Shown in pieces: positions 47,701 to 60,518 of a stretch of 64,000 nucleotides of DNA (position 1 is the first letter of the stretch; each line of letters opens with the position of its first letter). Both the position numbers and the translations under genes were made by a program. The notes under the pieces are model-generated. The model was given only the letters and a program-made list of their open reading frames with translations, did no database searches and had not been told where the DNA came from. The DNA is from Eutreptiella sp. 'Long Island Sound 2002' (lineage: Eukaryota > Protista > Euglenida), in contig OZ038378.1 in assembly GCA_964036045.1 (NCBI GenBank), positions 26,474,001-26,538,000 of the forward strand, in the 5' to 3' direction.

Positions 47701-50700
47701 GCTACGGTGTGGCACCACCTACAAAGGCTGCGCCAATACAAGTCGGAGCGCTAGGCGCGCCAGCAACAACAGCGGGTGGCGCGGTGACAGCACAAACAGC
47801 GACGCGCGCAGGGGAAGCCGGCAGCGTCATCCAACGACAGCTCGGTTCAGCGGGAAAAATGCCCGTGGAAAGGGGGAGCCAAGAAGACGGCCGAGGATAT
47901 GCACGGGCCCTGTCATCCCACAAGGGGCCCGCAGAGGCCCGTAGTACCAGGTGACGGGACTGGAGGAAGACCCCATATTAAGTGTAGGGACGGCGCTTCT
48001 CACGCCGCCACAACACTGCGCCAAGGCTAGACGCCCGGAGCAGCACCTCCGTCTGCCACGCCTTCGGGTTTGCACGACACAAAGACACAGACAGTGCGCC
48101 ACATGCGCCGCGGTGGGACGGGGTGTTCGGCACTGCTGCGCCCGGGGGCACGTTGGGCATCCCCGCCCCTGTGCGTAGGAGCGCATCCGAGGAGCAGCAC
48201 TGACCTGCACATCCGGTGCTTGCACGCCTAGAAAGGGGTGGGGGGTACCCAGGCGGCCAAGCGTCGCAAGGCTGGGGCCCAGCCGGCGCTCAGGGGCCCT
48301 CGAGAGTGAGCGATGAAGAAAGTGTTGGAGGGAGGCGCCCCGTGTGCCCCTCAAGCGGCCGTGCCGAGGAGTGCAGCAAGTGGCCCGCCCCGGGCGTGCG
48401 GGTACGGAGGCCACCTAACCGCCCAACCCTAGAGGGTTCTAACGTAGGCACAAGACGGCAATGCAAGCACGTGGCTTTTATGTGCTTGGAACTTAATATA
48501 TAGCTGATGGGTGACTGTTTCCGTGATGATATATTCGGGGCAGCGGGTGTTTATCGTTGCAAATGTTTTGCTCAAACGCAGATTGTGCTCCCTATCCTCA
48601 GCGCTGTATTGGATCGGTAAGTGTGGTTGGCCGAATGCGTCTGTAAAACCATGGAAAAAAAGTGTGGCTGCTCAGCTACTTTTAGCAAATTCCATTGTCG
48701 AATGCCGTAGGTATACATGGATTTTGGGCCAAGCCTGCCAAACCCCTACGAAGAGGCCAACATTCGAGGCATACACGAGGACTACCACACGGCAGAAAGA
48801 CAAAAAGAGCACATGAAAAGGGGGTGGGAGGATGCAGTCCTGTGCCATGAGCACTACAAGTTCCCGCGCCTCACGGCCAGTGAGAGAATCCCACGTACAA
48901 AATCGCCGTCGCACGAGGCTGTGGTGCTGCTTCGTATCTTGCGCAACGTCACCCAACTTGTACCGGGCTGCAACAACACAAACATATCAACGTAGCGCAG
49001 AGGCATCATCGGTTGGGAGTATTCACCCCACTACCCGACAAGCAAGGCTGATACGTCCCCTCAAACTGTGAGGTATTGGCTAGCTCATATATGCGTGAGC
49101 CAAACCTTCATCGCCACAGAAAGTTCTGCCCATTCTTTGCATTGGGTGTGGGTGAGATCCGAAAAGGGCACAGACACCCTCTTGCCGCTGCCACGGACAC
49201 ACATCACAACACCTTCCCCTACATTCCTACTACAAATGCTGGTGCTCGGCAATAAAAAGCCTAAACTACAGCCGGGCGCTGACATTATGCTTGCACCCTG
49301 CCCCCACTACACAAGAAGGCAAAAAGGGTCTTTTGAAGCTTATTCGGTTGCTCTGCATGTCCTGGTAAGACCCATTGGTTGTAGTCGTTTTTCAACATCT
49401 TTCTCCATGTCAACAGCAATGTACATGGGGAAATATGTGCCGTCAAGGGAATAAGTGAACCCCCCTCATCAATCACACACACTTTCATGTTTCTCCCGCC
49501 TTCGGGGTTTGTACCTATCGGTAGAGACACCGAGAAGCAACACACTATTTGGGGGCCAGCGCTTGTTGCGACCGAACCCCAAACACCAACAGCTATCCCC
49601 CGGGAGGGTGCGGACAACTTGAGACTACACGGAGGTATTCTAGCTGGTGCGGTCAAAAGATGGTAGACAAATATCCACCACTTGGTGACTGTCGACCATG
49701 CGCTAGACAGGCCACTTGAATCCGTGCATCGCTCATCCCCATTGGCATCACAGGGGTTAGTCGCGCCGCCCGGACTGCACGGATTCCTATTTCAGGGGAA
49801 AGGGTAGGGAGAAGAAGAAGTGGTACTACATTGTGCTTCCGCACCTTTGGGGGTTTGGCCGGCTGGGGTGTCATGTCTTCATTATTACAATATTAGCCGA
49901 AGCAAGAGATAGAAACCCCCGTGCATGGGCATGAGTGGTGACAGAATAGCTTTCCAAAAACGGAGAAGGCCGGTCGGAACAAAGTATTTTCATTTTCCGT
50001 TTTTATGGTGTCCTCGATGTACCAACTCACCTATTTTGGGCACTGATTTGGGTGTAGGGTTCGTAACCGGTTTTACCAATTCATCGGAAAAACCCATTAT
50101 CGGCAATAACCGGAGATTATTTTCAAAACAATTGGCACACTTGGTTAGTTTGAAAACTGATTTGAACCAATTAATTGGACTGGTTCCAAAATTTTTTGGG
50201 TCTTTTCGGCAGTACATTTTGTTCATCTTTTGCACTGAACGGAGGCTTTGGTAGCAAGAAGGAATGGCCGTTGGTGGATTACAACTTCCGACGTAGTTTT
50301 GATCACTCTGCTCTGACTTGTATGGGCTCTCTTTTGCCGATTGCAAGATTTTGGTTGGTAAAGAGGAATCAATCCGAAAGACCGGCTTTTTTGAAAACTA
50401 TTAATCGGCCAAACCGGTTATTTTTGTAAAAAATAATCGTTTAAAACCGATTATTTTCAAAACTAGCAGGTTCCAAACCTCATGTGGGTGGAGAACAATG
50501 TCTTTGATTAGTGCCCTAATAGTGTTTGATGCTGAAAAACCAAACCAAGGCAGCAAGTAGAGCAAGAGCAATATGTGGATCGAATCAATGGATAGTTTTG
50601 AAATCCAGTGTAGCACAGAAGGGCTGCAGATAGACAAAGCAGGCTTAAATACAAAGATTCAATCACAAAGGGATAAAACAAATGATTCTTAAGTGAAAAC

Positions 50701-53100
50701 TGGCATGACTCTTGCCTCCCAATTAGCATCAAGCACTTCATGTGCACTCTTTTGGATGAAATGGAGTTAGTTAGGAATGTGGGGCAAAGGAGTTAGGCCA
50801 GACACAGAATATGACTTGGCCAAGCAACTGAATTCAGAAACAGTTATAAAGTAGAACCACAATAAGTGGTAGAACCAGTTGCGTATAGGGGAATTGGGGT
50901 GGGGGCCACTAGGCTTAACCTCCAAGGCCTTAGGCATGAAATGCCTACTTTATTTCGGTATAACCTTCATGAAGGAAGATACCTCCGCTCAGTTGAGTGG
51001 TAGGGATTCACTTCATAGGGGGCTAGGGTTATAACCCTAGTTACTTTGAGAAAGTGTACTTTTAGCTTCAAAAGAGAGATAAAAATACTTAAGCAAGTCT
51101 TAGCATCAAGAAAAGAATTTTGAGGGGGCTTGGCCTGGATTAAGACCTCCAAGAAAGACATGGCAGTGACTTTTTCTTACTCCCCCCTTGAGTACTAGTT
51201 GATCATGCTAGTAGGACCAAGGAAAAAGGCTCAAATTTACCCAAAATTACCTCAGAAAATCCATTAAACCAACTAAAAACATTCCCATCAGTTCATACAA
51301 GCCTATCACACTGTAGGTGCCCTCGAAAATCAGTGTAATGTACCGCGGATGATGTCCCTCCGATGGGGCATTCCTCAAAAGTCGCCATCGTGCGGCGAAA
51401 ACTTTTGGTAAAAATTTGGAGGTAGTGGGGTTTGAACCGAGGACTCCCTCCCTAGAGCACACATGCTTGCCCACTAGGGTACAGTCGAACGCTGTAATGC
51501 GGACGGCTATCGGTGTATAACCAGCGTTTTAGTAAACGTCTTGACCAAGGGCCAGGGCGGAGCAATACTCCCAATGAAGAACACAAATCTCCAGGAGCTG
51601 AGAAAAATAGAAAATGGAACCAACAGGGAGTGAATCCTGTGGTTTAGCGAGAGGGGTAGCGATTTAAGAAGTCAAATCGCTAAAAATTGACGAAACGACG
51701 TTAGAAATCGTCTTTTGAAGACTAAAACCTAAAGTCGCAGACAAGCGCAACAGAAGCGGACTCCAAAAAAGAGTTGCGCAAGCTTAAACGGCTCTAGAAA
51801 AAGAAGATATGAGCCGTAGTTTTCAAAGTTTTAAAAGAAATTTTTGCACAGTTGCATCAAAACTTTTATAAACTTTAGGAAAAAGGATTGTAAAGATACT
51901 CACACCACAGAGCAGGTGGACAACCCACCTCTCAGGTATGTAAGTGTGATTTCACACGCATGCATTGCGTTCGCGTTTGTTGCTTCGTTAAAACGCTAGG
52001 GTTGTCACCGGTGTGTTCGCTGGGGGTTCGGGTGCTCACGTCCTTTGCTCTGCACAGGCCAAAACTGAGATGAACGGTATGCGAAGCAAATGGAGCATGC
52101 AGCGCGCATGTAGGATTAGTGTATGCGCTATGCTCGCGATGCATGTGCCTCATTCAGGCATTCACACGTTGTGTCGCTTTCCCTGTGCCCCATTCCACCC
52201 TTTTCTTCTCTTCACAGGTCAAAAAAGAAAGTGCTTGCTCGTGTTTGTGTTGCCCTTGCTTCAAAATAGGGTTGCTGAAAAAGCTTAGGCTTGTTTGGCG
52301 TTGTGCAGTGCGCCATTCCATCTCCTTTTTCTGCAGGAAACAAGATAAGAACAGCATGCATGACACACAGTGCATTAATCGATTAGGGTTGTTTATAATT
52401 CGCCGTAGGGTTGTTCAAACGCTTAGGTTTGTTTTGCGTTCGTGTTACCTTCGGCATTCACATGATGCGTGGTGAGTAAGGTAGGTAAGCCCCGGAGTAG
52501 CTCACCTCCTGGTTGAGTCACGTTATGATTTGTTGTTGTGGGTTGAATTAGGAGAAACAGAGTGAGATTGGTAAACCTGCGCATACCTGTGCATGCATAT
52601 GGCGCATTAAAGGGTAGGCCACGCGTGTTGCGCACGGTACAACTCTTGCTTAGGTTACCCAGGGGCTGCACCCTATGTTCTCTAACGGAACGAGTGGAGT
52701 TCCTTAAGCTTGCTTGCTTGTAACGGGGTAAGAGGACAGGGTATTATAGGGCAGCCTAAGAAGCGTATAATACGTGGAGGCTGTCCTGGTTCCTCAGCCA
52801 CTCACGCTGTTCATTGGCCTTTGCGTTGCAGGTTGGCAGGTGAGGGTGATTGGTGCAGTCTCTTGCCGCGCTAAAACATGCGGCGCAGATCACAACACAA
52901 AAAAAACTGTGCCTCAGGCTGGAGTGGCGAGGGCAGTCCAACTTGTTCAACATACACGCTGTGCACGCAAAAAGAGCACTCCTTCCCTCCAAGCCATGAC
53001 AGAGAAACACCTAGTGGCATCCCTGTTAGGCCACAGTCGCTTAGTAGCGCTGTGTTCTGTTCTTATCACACAGGAGGGTCAATAGGTCCCGAGACTTCAT

Positions 53101-53635
53101 TGTCATGACCACCCAGTAGCGTGTGTAGGTGTTAGGGTCAGCAAGCCGGGCAGGTGACAAGTGCAAGTGCTGAGTGCTCACCCTGCCTTCGAAGGCTGGT
53201 GCTGGTGTTAGTGAGTGTAGTGTAGTGGTGTCCCCTGTCCCGCGTGCTTTTCCACCTGGGCAGGGGAGTGCGTTAGCTTTTGGCCTTTGGAAAAATGGCC
53301 ATTTTGTATGCCCTTGGCACACTTGGCCACCCCTCCCCTCTAGTAGGTAGGGCTTTTGCCGTCTTCCCCAAAGGATAGGCGCCAACCCAACAACTGGGCG
53401 CCATAGGAGTGGTAATAGTACCTGATTAGGACCTTTGGTCCGACGTCAGCGAAGCCCGGTCTCCGGGAGCCACGCCGGGTAGAGAAGTGAGACACGTACA
53501 GACATACGTAGCACACTTAGGGGTATGGTAAACCCTGTAAGGAAGGGTAGAAACCCATGCGTCTGGACCAGCGAGGGGTCCTACCTCTGGGCACGCTTGT
53601 CCCCAAGGAGGGTGGACACACCTTGCTTCATAACA
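53101..53635 (-). repeat. 3' LTR of the Gypsy element (535 bp)
   Basis: Minus strand TGTTATGA...TCATGACA inverted termini, preceded by purine-rich AGGGGGAAATGACAAGCAAGG (53636-53656). The partner LTR is not in the window. Confidence 0.7.
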
Positions 53636-54039
53636 CCTTGCTTGTCATTTCCCCCTGGAGTAGAAAGCCACCGTTCTTCGTTGGCTCCCCAAGGTCATAC
53701 CATCAGGGCAGCTCCCATGCACCACACGGTCAACAAGGCACACACTTGCTGGGTGGCTGCAAACCTGATAAGCGGCCATGTGGTTCACGCTGGTAATCAT
53801 AAGCATGGGACTGCAGGGCACAGCCATGGCTGGAACAGTACTCTGCAAGTAGCGGATGTTTAGGTGTTTGGAATGCCGAACCCGATTGAGGGTGGGAGTT
53901 ACTACATTCACGGTAACCGGAGCTCTACGGGAGCTCTGAACATGTCCTGGCACACACTGAGTAGGCCTAGCTATTGAGCACAGGAGTGCTCATCGCCCCT
54001 GGAAGGTTAGAAATCAGTAAATAGTAAGGTACAAGGAGA

Positions 54040-55350
54040 TTAGTTTCTCTTCTTCCGCTGGGACAGAGTCTCAGCACGGGTTAGTAGCTGTCCCTCGTTG
54101 TTCTCAACAAGGTAGGAGCGAAAGATGGGGTTGATACTCCCATCCGGCTGTATAAAGGCGGACATGGGTTCCCAGGTCGCCTCAGATAGCCCATAGCCAT
54201 GCCACAGGGCTAGGAATTTCAGGCCCTGTTTATACTCGTGGCGGGCAATACCTGCAACCACGTAGTAGCCATCGACTGCCATCTCATCGGCAGTCATCTT
54301 GTCGAGTTCGTCTGCCTCCTCTGGGCTGGCAGCGTTCCCTAGGTTGATACGCTCGACCTCACTGTCGCTGAGGCGCCACTCATCCCAGCACAAATCGTCA
54401 GGGGAATGATAGTGCCGCAACTGCTTAGGCGCACAAAGCAGTTCACAAACTAGACGTGGACTGCACCTGACGTGGATCCTAGATCCATCTATCGTGATGA
54501 CACCATAGGGCCCAAAATAAGGGTCCTGTAGGCAGTTGCGGGGACAGGAGGGGAGGCGTGAATGGTGAACCAAAACAAGGTCACCAACCTTGAAGCTGGC
54601 AGGTCGGCGTAGGCGATTCCGTCGGCTCAGTTGACGGTCACGGATATGTCTCAGGTTAGTCCCAGGTTGGTTAGCCATAGACTGTTTGTGTTCCAGCCAA
54701 TCCCCAACAGGGCTCTTGAAGTCCTCAGGAAAGGGGATTTTGAAGAACCAAGCAGGTCGTCCTCCATGGAACAGCTCTTGGGGGGTGAAACCTGTAGAAG
54801 ACCTCTTCCGAGAGTTCATGGACAGCACTGCCCAGGGCACTAGGCGTACCCCATCTTTGGTACGTTCCTGTTTCATCAGGATTCTCACGTTCTCTTCCAC
54901 CACCCGGTTTTGTCTCTCACAAGGAGGATTAGACGTGTGGGTATACGGCACACCTGTGGTTACCTCAACGTTGAGGGCATTCAGAACTCGTTTGTACCAT
55001 CCAGCGTGACTGCGGATGCGTACATGCTCATCAGAATGCACCTGCTTAGGTGCTCCATAGCGTTCGAACCATTGTTCGGCCAACATTTTCACAGTCTGCT
55101 CACCTGTGATTTTCTTATTGCCAACGAACACACGGGTGAAGCGGGACAGGCCACAGGTAACCACTAGGCAACTATCATAGCCGCCAAAGCGAGGTAGGCC
55201 GTGGATGAAATCCACGTAGAGAACAGAGTTAGTATAATAGGGTATGGGTAAGCCGGAAATCAGTCCCCTATCCCTACTGTTGCTCTGCTTGCTGGCATGA
55301 CAGCCAAAAGCATCCAGAATGGTCTGCATACGGGACCTCAGTTCAGTCAA
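54040..55350 (-). pseudogene. Integrase (DDE) plus C-terminal chromodomain
   Basis: YVDF..., VHSDE..., CERQNRVVE triad, GPY module (YFGPYGV), chromodomain YYVVAGIARHE...KFLALWHGYGLSEATWEP. Confidence 0.93.
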
Positions 55351-55362
55351 GGTTAGACCAGA

Positions 55363-56220
55363 TCAGAAACACTCACGGAAGAATTCCACTGAGCGATTAG
55401 CGCCAGTGTGACCTGAGCTGAGATGGGACCACTGTAGGCACCAATCGAGTCGGGCCTCAGGCACGACAATACGGTCCTCGTAGAAGAGGCACTGGTTGTG
55501 TTTATACCACTGGTGCCCGTCTATGACACGGTGTTCGACACCAGTGCTGAGGGTTTGGAGAATTTCTTTATACTCTGACTGATAGTCGGTTAGGCTCCAA
55601 CCCTGGAGGATTCCAGCAGTCCGCATGGACAGGTAAAGCTGGACATCCATACGCGGGAAAGCCTCTTTGACGAGTGCTTCAGAGATCTCACCAATAAGAG
55701 CATCGAAGTTGTTCCGCGATATATAGTCAGACAGTCCATTTTTTATACCAGGGATGTGATGGACTGTCAACCTGAACTGGCTCAGGTAAGTCCACCACCG
55801 TTTTAATTTCGCTTTCTCCGGTGGTGGGCCCTTCTGAAAGGACTTCACTGGTTCCTGGTCACAGAGCAAGACAATAGGATTAGATCCCAATAGTCGGGAC
55901 TGTGATGAGAGCACCAACATACCGGCCAGGAGTTCCTGGTCATAGGTGCTGTAATTGGAACGCGCTTGGTTCCATTTCTAGTTCCAGTGTCCCAGTGGCA
56001 CAAGCCGCCACTCATTGGAAGGATAGTCGTGCTTCAAGGAGCGGTCACGGTTCCGTCGGCTAGTACGATACTGGCAGTGGGTTAGTTCAGCTGGGTTAAG
56101 TTCCTGCCATTGGTATATCATTCCTCCCCCCCCTACATCACTGGCATCAGTGATCAGGACTATCTCGCCCTTAGGGCGGGGTACGCCCAGGCAGTTGGAG
56201 GAGGCAATTTTCTTCTTCAA
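55363..56220 (-). pseudogene. RNase H and integrase zinc-binding region
   Basis: IVLITDASDVG, NYSTYDQELLA, CDQEP, HHIPGIKNGLSDYISR, HLSSGHTG. In-frame stops at 55978 and 55363. Confidence 0.9.
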
Positions 56221-56223
56221 CTC

Positions 56224-57277
56224 CTAGAAACACTCCTCCTCTCTGGCGGTCCACCTCCAGGAAGTAGTTTTCTTGATTAGGTCAGTGAGAAGGGCAGAGG
56301 AGTAGGTAAAATTGTGGATGTGTTGCCTATAGAAGTTACAGGCGCCCACAAAACTCCTCACGTCGTGTAGACCCTTCTTAGGGTCATCGCGAATCTGCAT
56401 GTCCTGTAGGGGCTGCATCTTAGACGCGGCTGGTTTCCACCAGCCATACCGCGCGTCGAAAGCCAAATACTCCATCTCCTCCTTCATGAACTCGCATTTT
56501 TCGAGTTTGATTCGGTGATGGTTTTTCTGACAAACAATGAAAAACTCATGGAGGAGAAGGACATGGTCCTCTTGGGTATTGGTACCCAAACTCACGTCAT
56601 CGATGTGGGCCTCCATTTCAGCCCCTCAAGAAATCACTCCTGTACCAGAGGTCTGCGCCTCAGTATGTACAAAATTTTGTTCATCAGTTCTTGGAAGAGT
56701 GCTGGGGCGTTAGCCACCCCAAAAGGCATAACCTTCCACTTAAACACACGACCCTTTAGGGTTATAAAAGCTAGCAGCTCCTGAGCTGCGGCTGTTAGGT
56801 CAACCTGCCCAAAACCACTGCGATTGTCCATTTTGGTCTTGTACCGGCATTTGGCAATACGCTCCAGGGTGTTTTCCATGTTGGGAATACTCCCTGACTG
56901 GTTTTGGGTTTTTTTGTTGACCTCACCATAGTCAACAACCAATCGCAGGGCAGTCGATCCTGGTTTAGCAACCAGGAAACAGAGACTGCATTGGTGGGGG
57001 TAGTCCCCCTTCTTATATTCCTCCACGAGGCCAGCATCAATACATTCCTGGATCTGGCGCTCGATTTCTTCAACCTGTTCCTGAGGAGCAGGGTAGGGAC
57101 GACGCCTCACTCGCGTCTTCTCAAATTCAGGTTTCAGTTTCAGGTCCATCTGGACCAGTTTTTCACAGGACAGGGGAGGCGGCAGGGCGCTTAACACCTC
57201 CTCATAGGTTAGGAGCAGTATCTTCAGTCGGGGGTCAACGTTCAGACTCTCTTTTTTCTGCAGGAAATCCTCCTGAG
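56224..57277 (-). pseudogene. Reverse transcriptase (frameshifted)
   Basis: LRLVVDYGEVN, KMDNRSGFGQV, VMPFGVANAPALFQ, AHIDDV, KLEKCEF, VRSFVGACNFYR. Frameshift near 56620 and a stop at 56224. Confidence 0.93.
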
Positions 57278-57920
57278 TGTAATAGGAAACTCTGGTAAAG
57301 GTATCTCTACCATCGTTCCCCATTGAACTGTAGTGATTTTCTGTTGGTTGGTAGTAATGAAGGCGACTTCCTGACAGAACTCGCAGAAGCGACCAGGAAC
57401 GCGTGTGCGCGAGTACAGCAAAGTAAATATGATAGCAAACAATGTAGGCTTTTGATTTTGTGATGATTTATTTTATTATTTATTGATTGCAAAACTATAT
57501 GTTCATTTGTGCATAGGTGCATGGCCCTCCAGGGCAACCACCCGTCAGCCCTGCCGATGAAGTCAGACGGGTGGTGGACAGAAACGGACATGCTCCAGAT
57601 CAAGAACAAGATGTGTTAGTGCTTGTATGGAGGTCATCGGGGTTCAGGGAGCTGGAGGGGACGTTTACGGCGACTTATGCAAAATGAAGTGGAGTTTTGA
57701 AAATACGAGTTATGGATATGATTTTGGAAGGTGAGACAGAGTTACGGTTGAAAGCAAGGACAAAGTTTGAAAAGTATGATAAGTACTCAAGGTCGGAAAC
57801 CAACAGATTTGGGATTGTCAAATCCGAAGATCAGAATATGAGCCCAACAAAGACTACGCGTCAGCGTAGTTATAACATGGTAAGCAGAGTGTGTAATTTG
57901 GCCTTCCTGCGCAGGTGACT

Positions 57921-58217
57921 ATGGCGGAGAGTACATACGAGAGGATGGAGAGATATCGCTGCGAGAGAGACGATCTGCAAGCAGCGCTGAAGGATCAGAC
58001 GAAGACGGAAGAGCGATTACGACAAGAGCGCGACGATCACAAGCAGACAGAAGAGCGCCTACGGCAAGAGCGAGATCAGTGGAAGGAGAAGTATGAGACC
58101 CTAATCAAGGACTGTCGCGAAGGCCGCACCCCACGACTACGAGACAAGAGGAGAACCCATCGTGGCCGTCGACACAACGCAAAATTTGGGAAGCGATCAA
58201 CATCAGCGCCAGCGTGA
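57921..58217 (+). CDS. Short coiled-coil/basic ORF after the PBS of the nested LTR element (possible gag remnant)
   Basis: ATG 57921, duplicated heptad EERLRQERD, Arg-rich tail. No CCHC motif seen. Confidence 0.4.
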   Translation: MAESTYERMERYRCERDDLQAALKDQTKTEERLRQERDDHKQTEERLRQERDQWKEKYETLIKDCREGRTPRLRDKRRTHRGRRHNAKFGKRSTSAPA

Positions 58218-59542
58218 GTGGGAGTCATCAAGCTGAGGCCTTGACGGACGACGAGATGTACTTGCTGGTGGACGCGCAGGTGCAGAGAGCGCTGCAGTAT
58301 GTTGCCCTGTTCCACAATGCTCGCAGTGAGACCTGGGGTATTGGCGCTGGGGGTACGAAGGAGCAGCTGGTGTGAGAGCGAGCTTGCCACTACCTGTGAC
58401 AAGCGCTTGGCCGTGGCCACGTGAGCGACACAAGGCGCCTGTGGTCAAGAGCGAGTATGGCTGTATGGGAGTTGAGCGGTGGACGCCTACATGCAGCGTG
58501 GCCGGTGTCTTTGAGGTGCAGTGCCTCAAGTGAGCCCTGCTGGAGTATTATTGAGACAGCGAGCGAAGCAGCAATGGCCCTGTGCTTGGCGGCGATGAGT
58601 ACGCGCATGGACATCGCCAACAGCGCCAAGAGGAGATGCAGTCAACGTGCCTGGACCTGTGACATTGTGAACAGATTTTTGTGGTTGCTAAGTTGCTTTT
58701 GTTTGGGAAATTTATTATAAATTTTATTTCCATTCTCTGAGTGGGTGGAGCCCAGTGACAACTTGTGAGCTGAGCCCCAGTGCTGATATATGTCTTACTG
58801 AACATAGAGAAGAAGAGTAAGCACTTCTCTGTGAAGGGAGTGCCAATATGTACAGGATCGTTTTGTTTTCTTTTTTTTGATTGCTCTTGTTGATGTTGGC
58901 TCCAGGATGTACTGACTCCCGTGTGAAGGGAGTGCAGCAGTTTTCTTATTTGTACCAGCCACTCCTCTAAGGGTCGTGGCAGGTAAAATGTGAAGGGAGT
59001 GTAATAGGAAACTCTGGTAAAGGTATCTCTACCATCGTTCCCCATTGAACTGTAGTGATTTTCTGTTGGTTGGTAGTAATGAAGGCGATTTCCTGACAGA
59101 ACTCGCAGAAGCGACCAGGAACGCGTGTGCGCGAGTACAGCAAAGTAAATATGATAGCAAACAATGTAGGCTTTTGATTTTGTGATGATTTATTTTATTA
59201 TTTATTGATTGCAAAACTATATGTTCATTTGTGCAAAGGTGCATGGCCCTCCAGGGCAACCACCCGTCAGCCCTGCCGATGAAGTCAGACGGGTGGTGGA
59301 CAGAAACGGACATGCTCCAGATCAAGAACAAGATGTGTTAGTGCTTGTATGGAGGTCATCGGGGTTCAGGGAGCTGGAGGGGACGTTTACGGCGACTTAT
59401 GCAAAATGAAGTGGAGTTTTGAAAATACGAGTTATGGATATGATTTTGGAAGGTGAGACAGAGTTACGGTTGAAAGCAAGGACAAAGTTTGAAAAGTATG
59501 ATAAGTACTCAAGGTCGGAAACCAACAGATTTGGGATTGTCA

Positions 59543-60518
59543 CCACTGCTACCATGTAATAAAATCCACACTAAGGTTAGATTCTATCCTTCTTGAAAAA
59601 ATGTGAATTCCTTCAAGGCATGAAACAACCCATAGAATTGTGTGATAGGAAATGAAAATGAAAATGAAAATGAAAATCCCCACTCTACTATGCTTCAATT
59701 TCAAATTAAAAACACAAGTAGACAAACAACAAAACACAAAGCAAATGTGACACACAACAACACAAACAAAACAATTGGTGTGAACCTATGATGATTGTCG
59801 ACGAGTGAGGCTGAATCACTTGGAGTCCCCTTGATATTATACCCACTTCATTGATGATTGAAACCCCTTCACTTGAGGATGGTAAATTCTGCAAGATTCT
59901 GAGAGAGAGAGAGGTGCATACATGAAAATCATATTTATTTACAACACATCATTGATCATGGCATGCATGCATCATGGTCGTATCTCACATTGAGAACACA
60001 ATGACTCCCAAATAAGCGAATGTGATGATAGTACCGAAATTAACATGCATCAATCCCATAACCAATCATGAAACTCATGGCATCCTAAAATTAAAAGCGA
60101 AGACATCAAACCAAAATTCAATGGCACACTCGCCATGACATGCATAATGAACACAAACAAGATGTCGTATGGCAAATAACCATCAAAAGGACATGGGGCA
60201 TTCAAATTGAGTAAATAATTCGGAATCGCTTGAGACATACTTCGAATGAATCCACGAGAGCAAATTCGAAGTCAACAATGGATACTTGAATGCAAAATTC
60301 AATGAAACGTATACAGGCAAACCCTCAACAATCCGTCATAATTCCTGAAAAACCCTGACGTCGTGGTTATCCTGTAACGCATACCATCACCGGATCTTAT
60401 GCTATACGACTCATGATGACCCATCAAGAATGCGGATAAAGGTGTCGATCCCCACTGATCCCTAATTATACATTGTGTGTCATTTTGTGTTTGTGCTGCT
60501 CCACTGACTCGTATCACA
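59543..60518 (-). mobile_element. Putative 5' LTR (59555-60518) plus PBS (59543-59554) of a third LTR family, opposite orientation
   Basis: Minus strand TGTGATA...TATTACA termini followed immediately by TGGTAGCAGTGG. The first 9 nt complement an initiator tRNA-Met 3' end of the CUGCUACCA type. Confidence 0.6.

Noticed and set aside
57278-57323. ATG start (MGNDGRDTF...) of the RT ORF and its copies at 59045 and 61882
   Set aside because: These ORFs begin in the antisense LTR of the nested element and are chimeric artefacts of the insertion junction.
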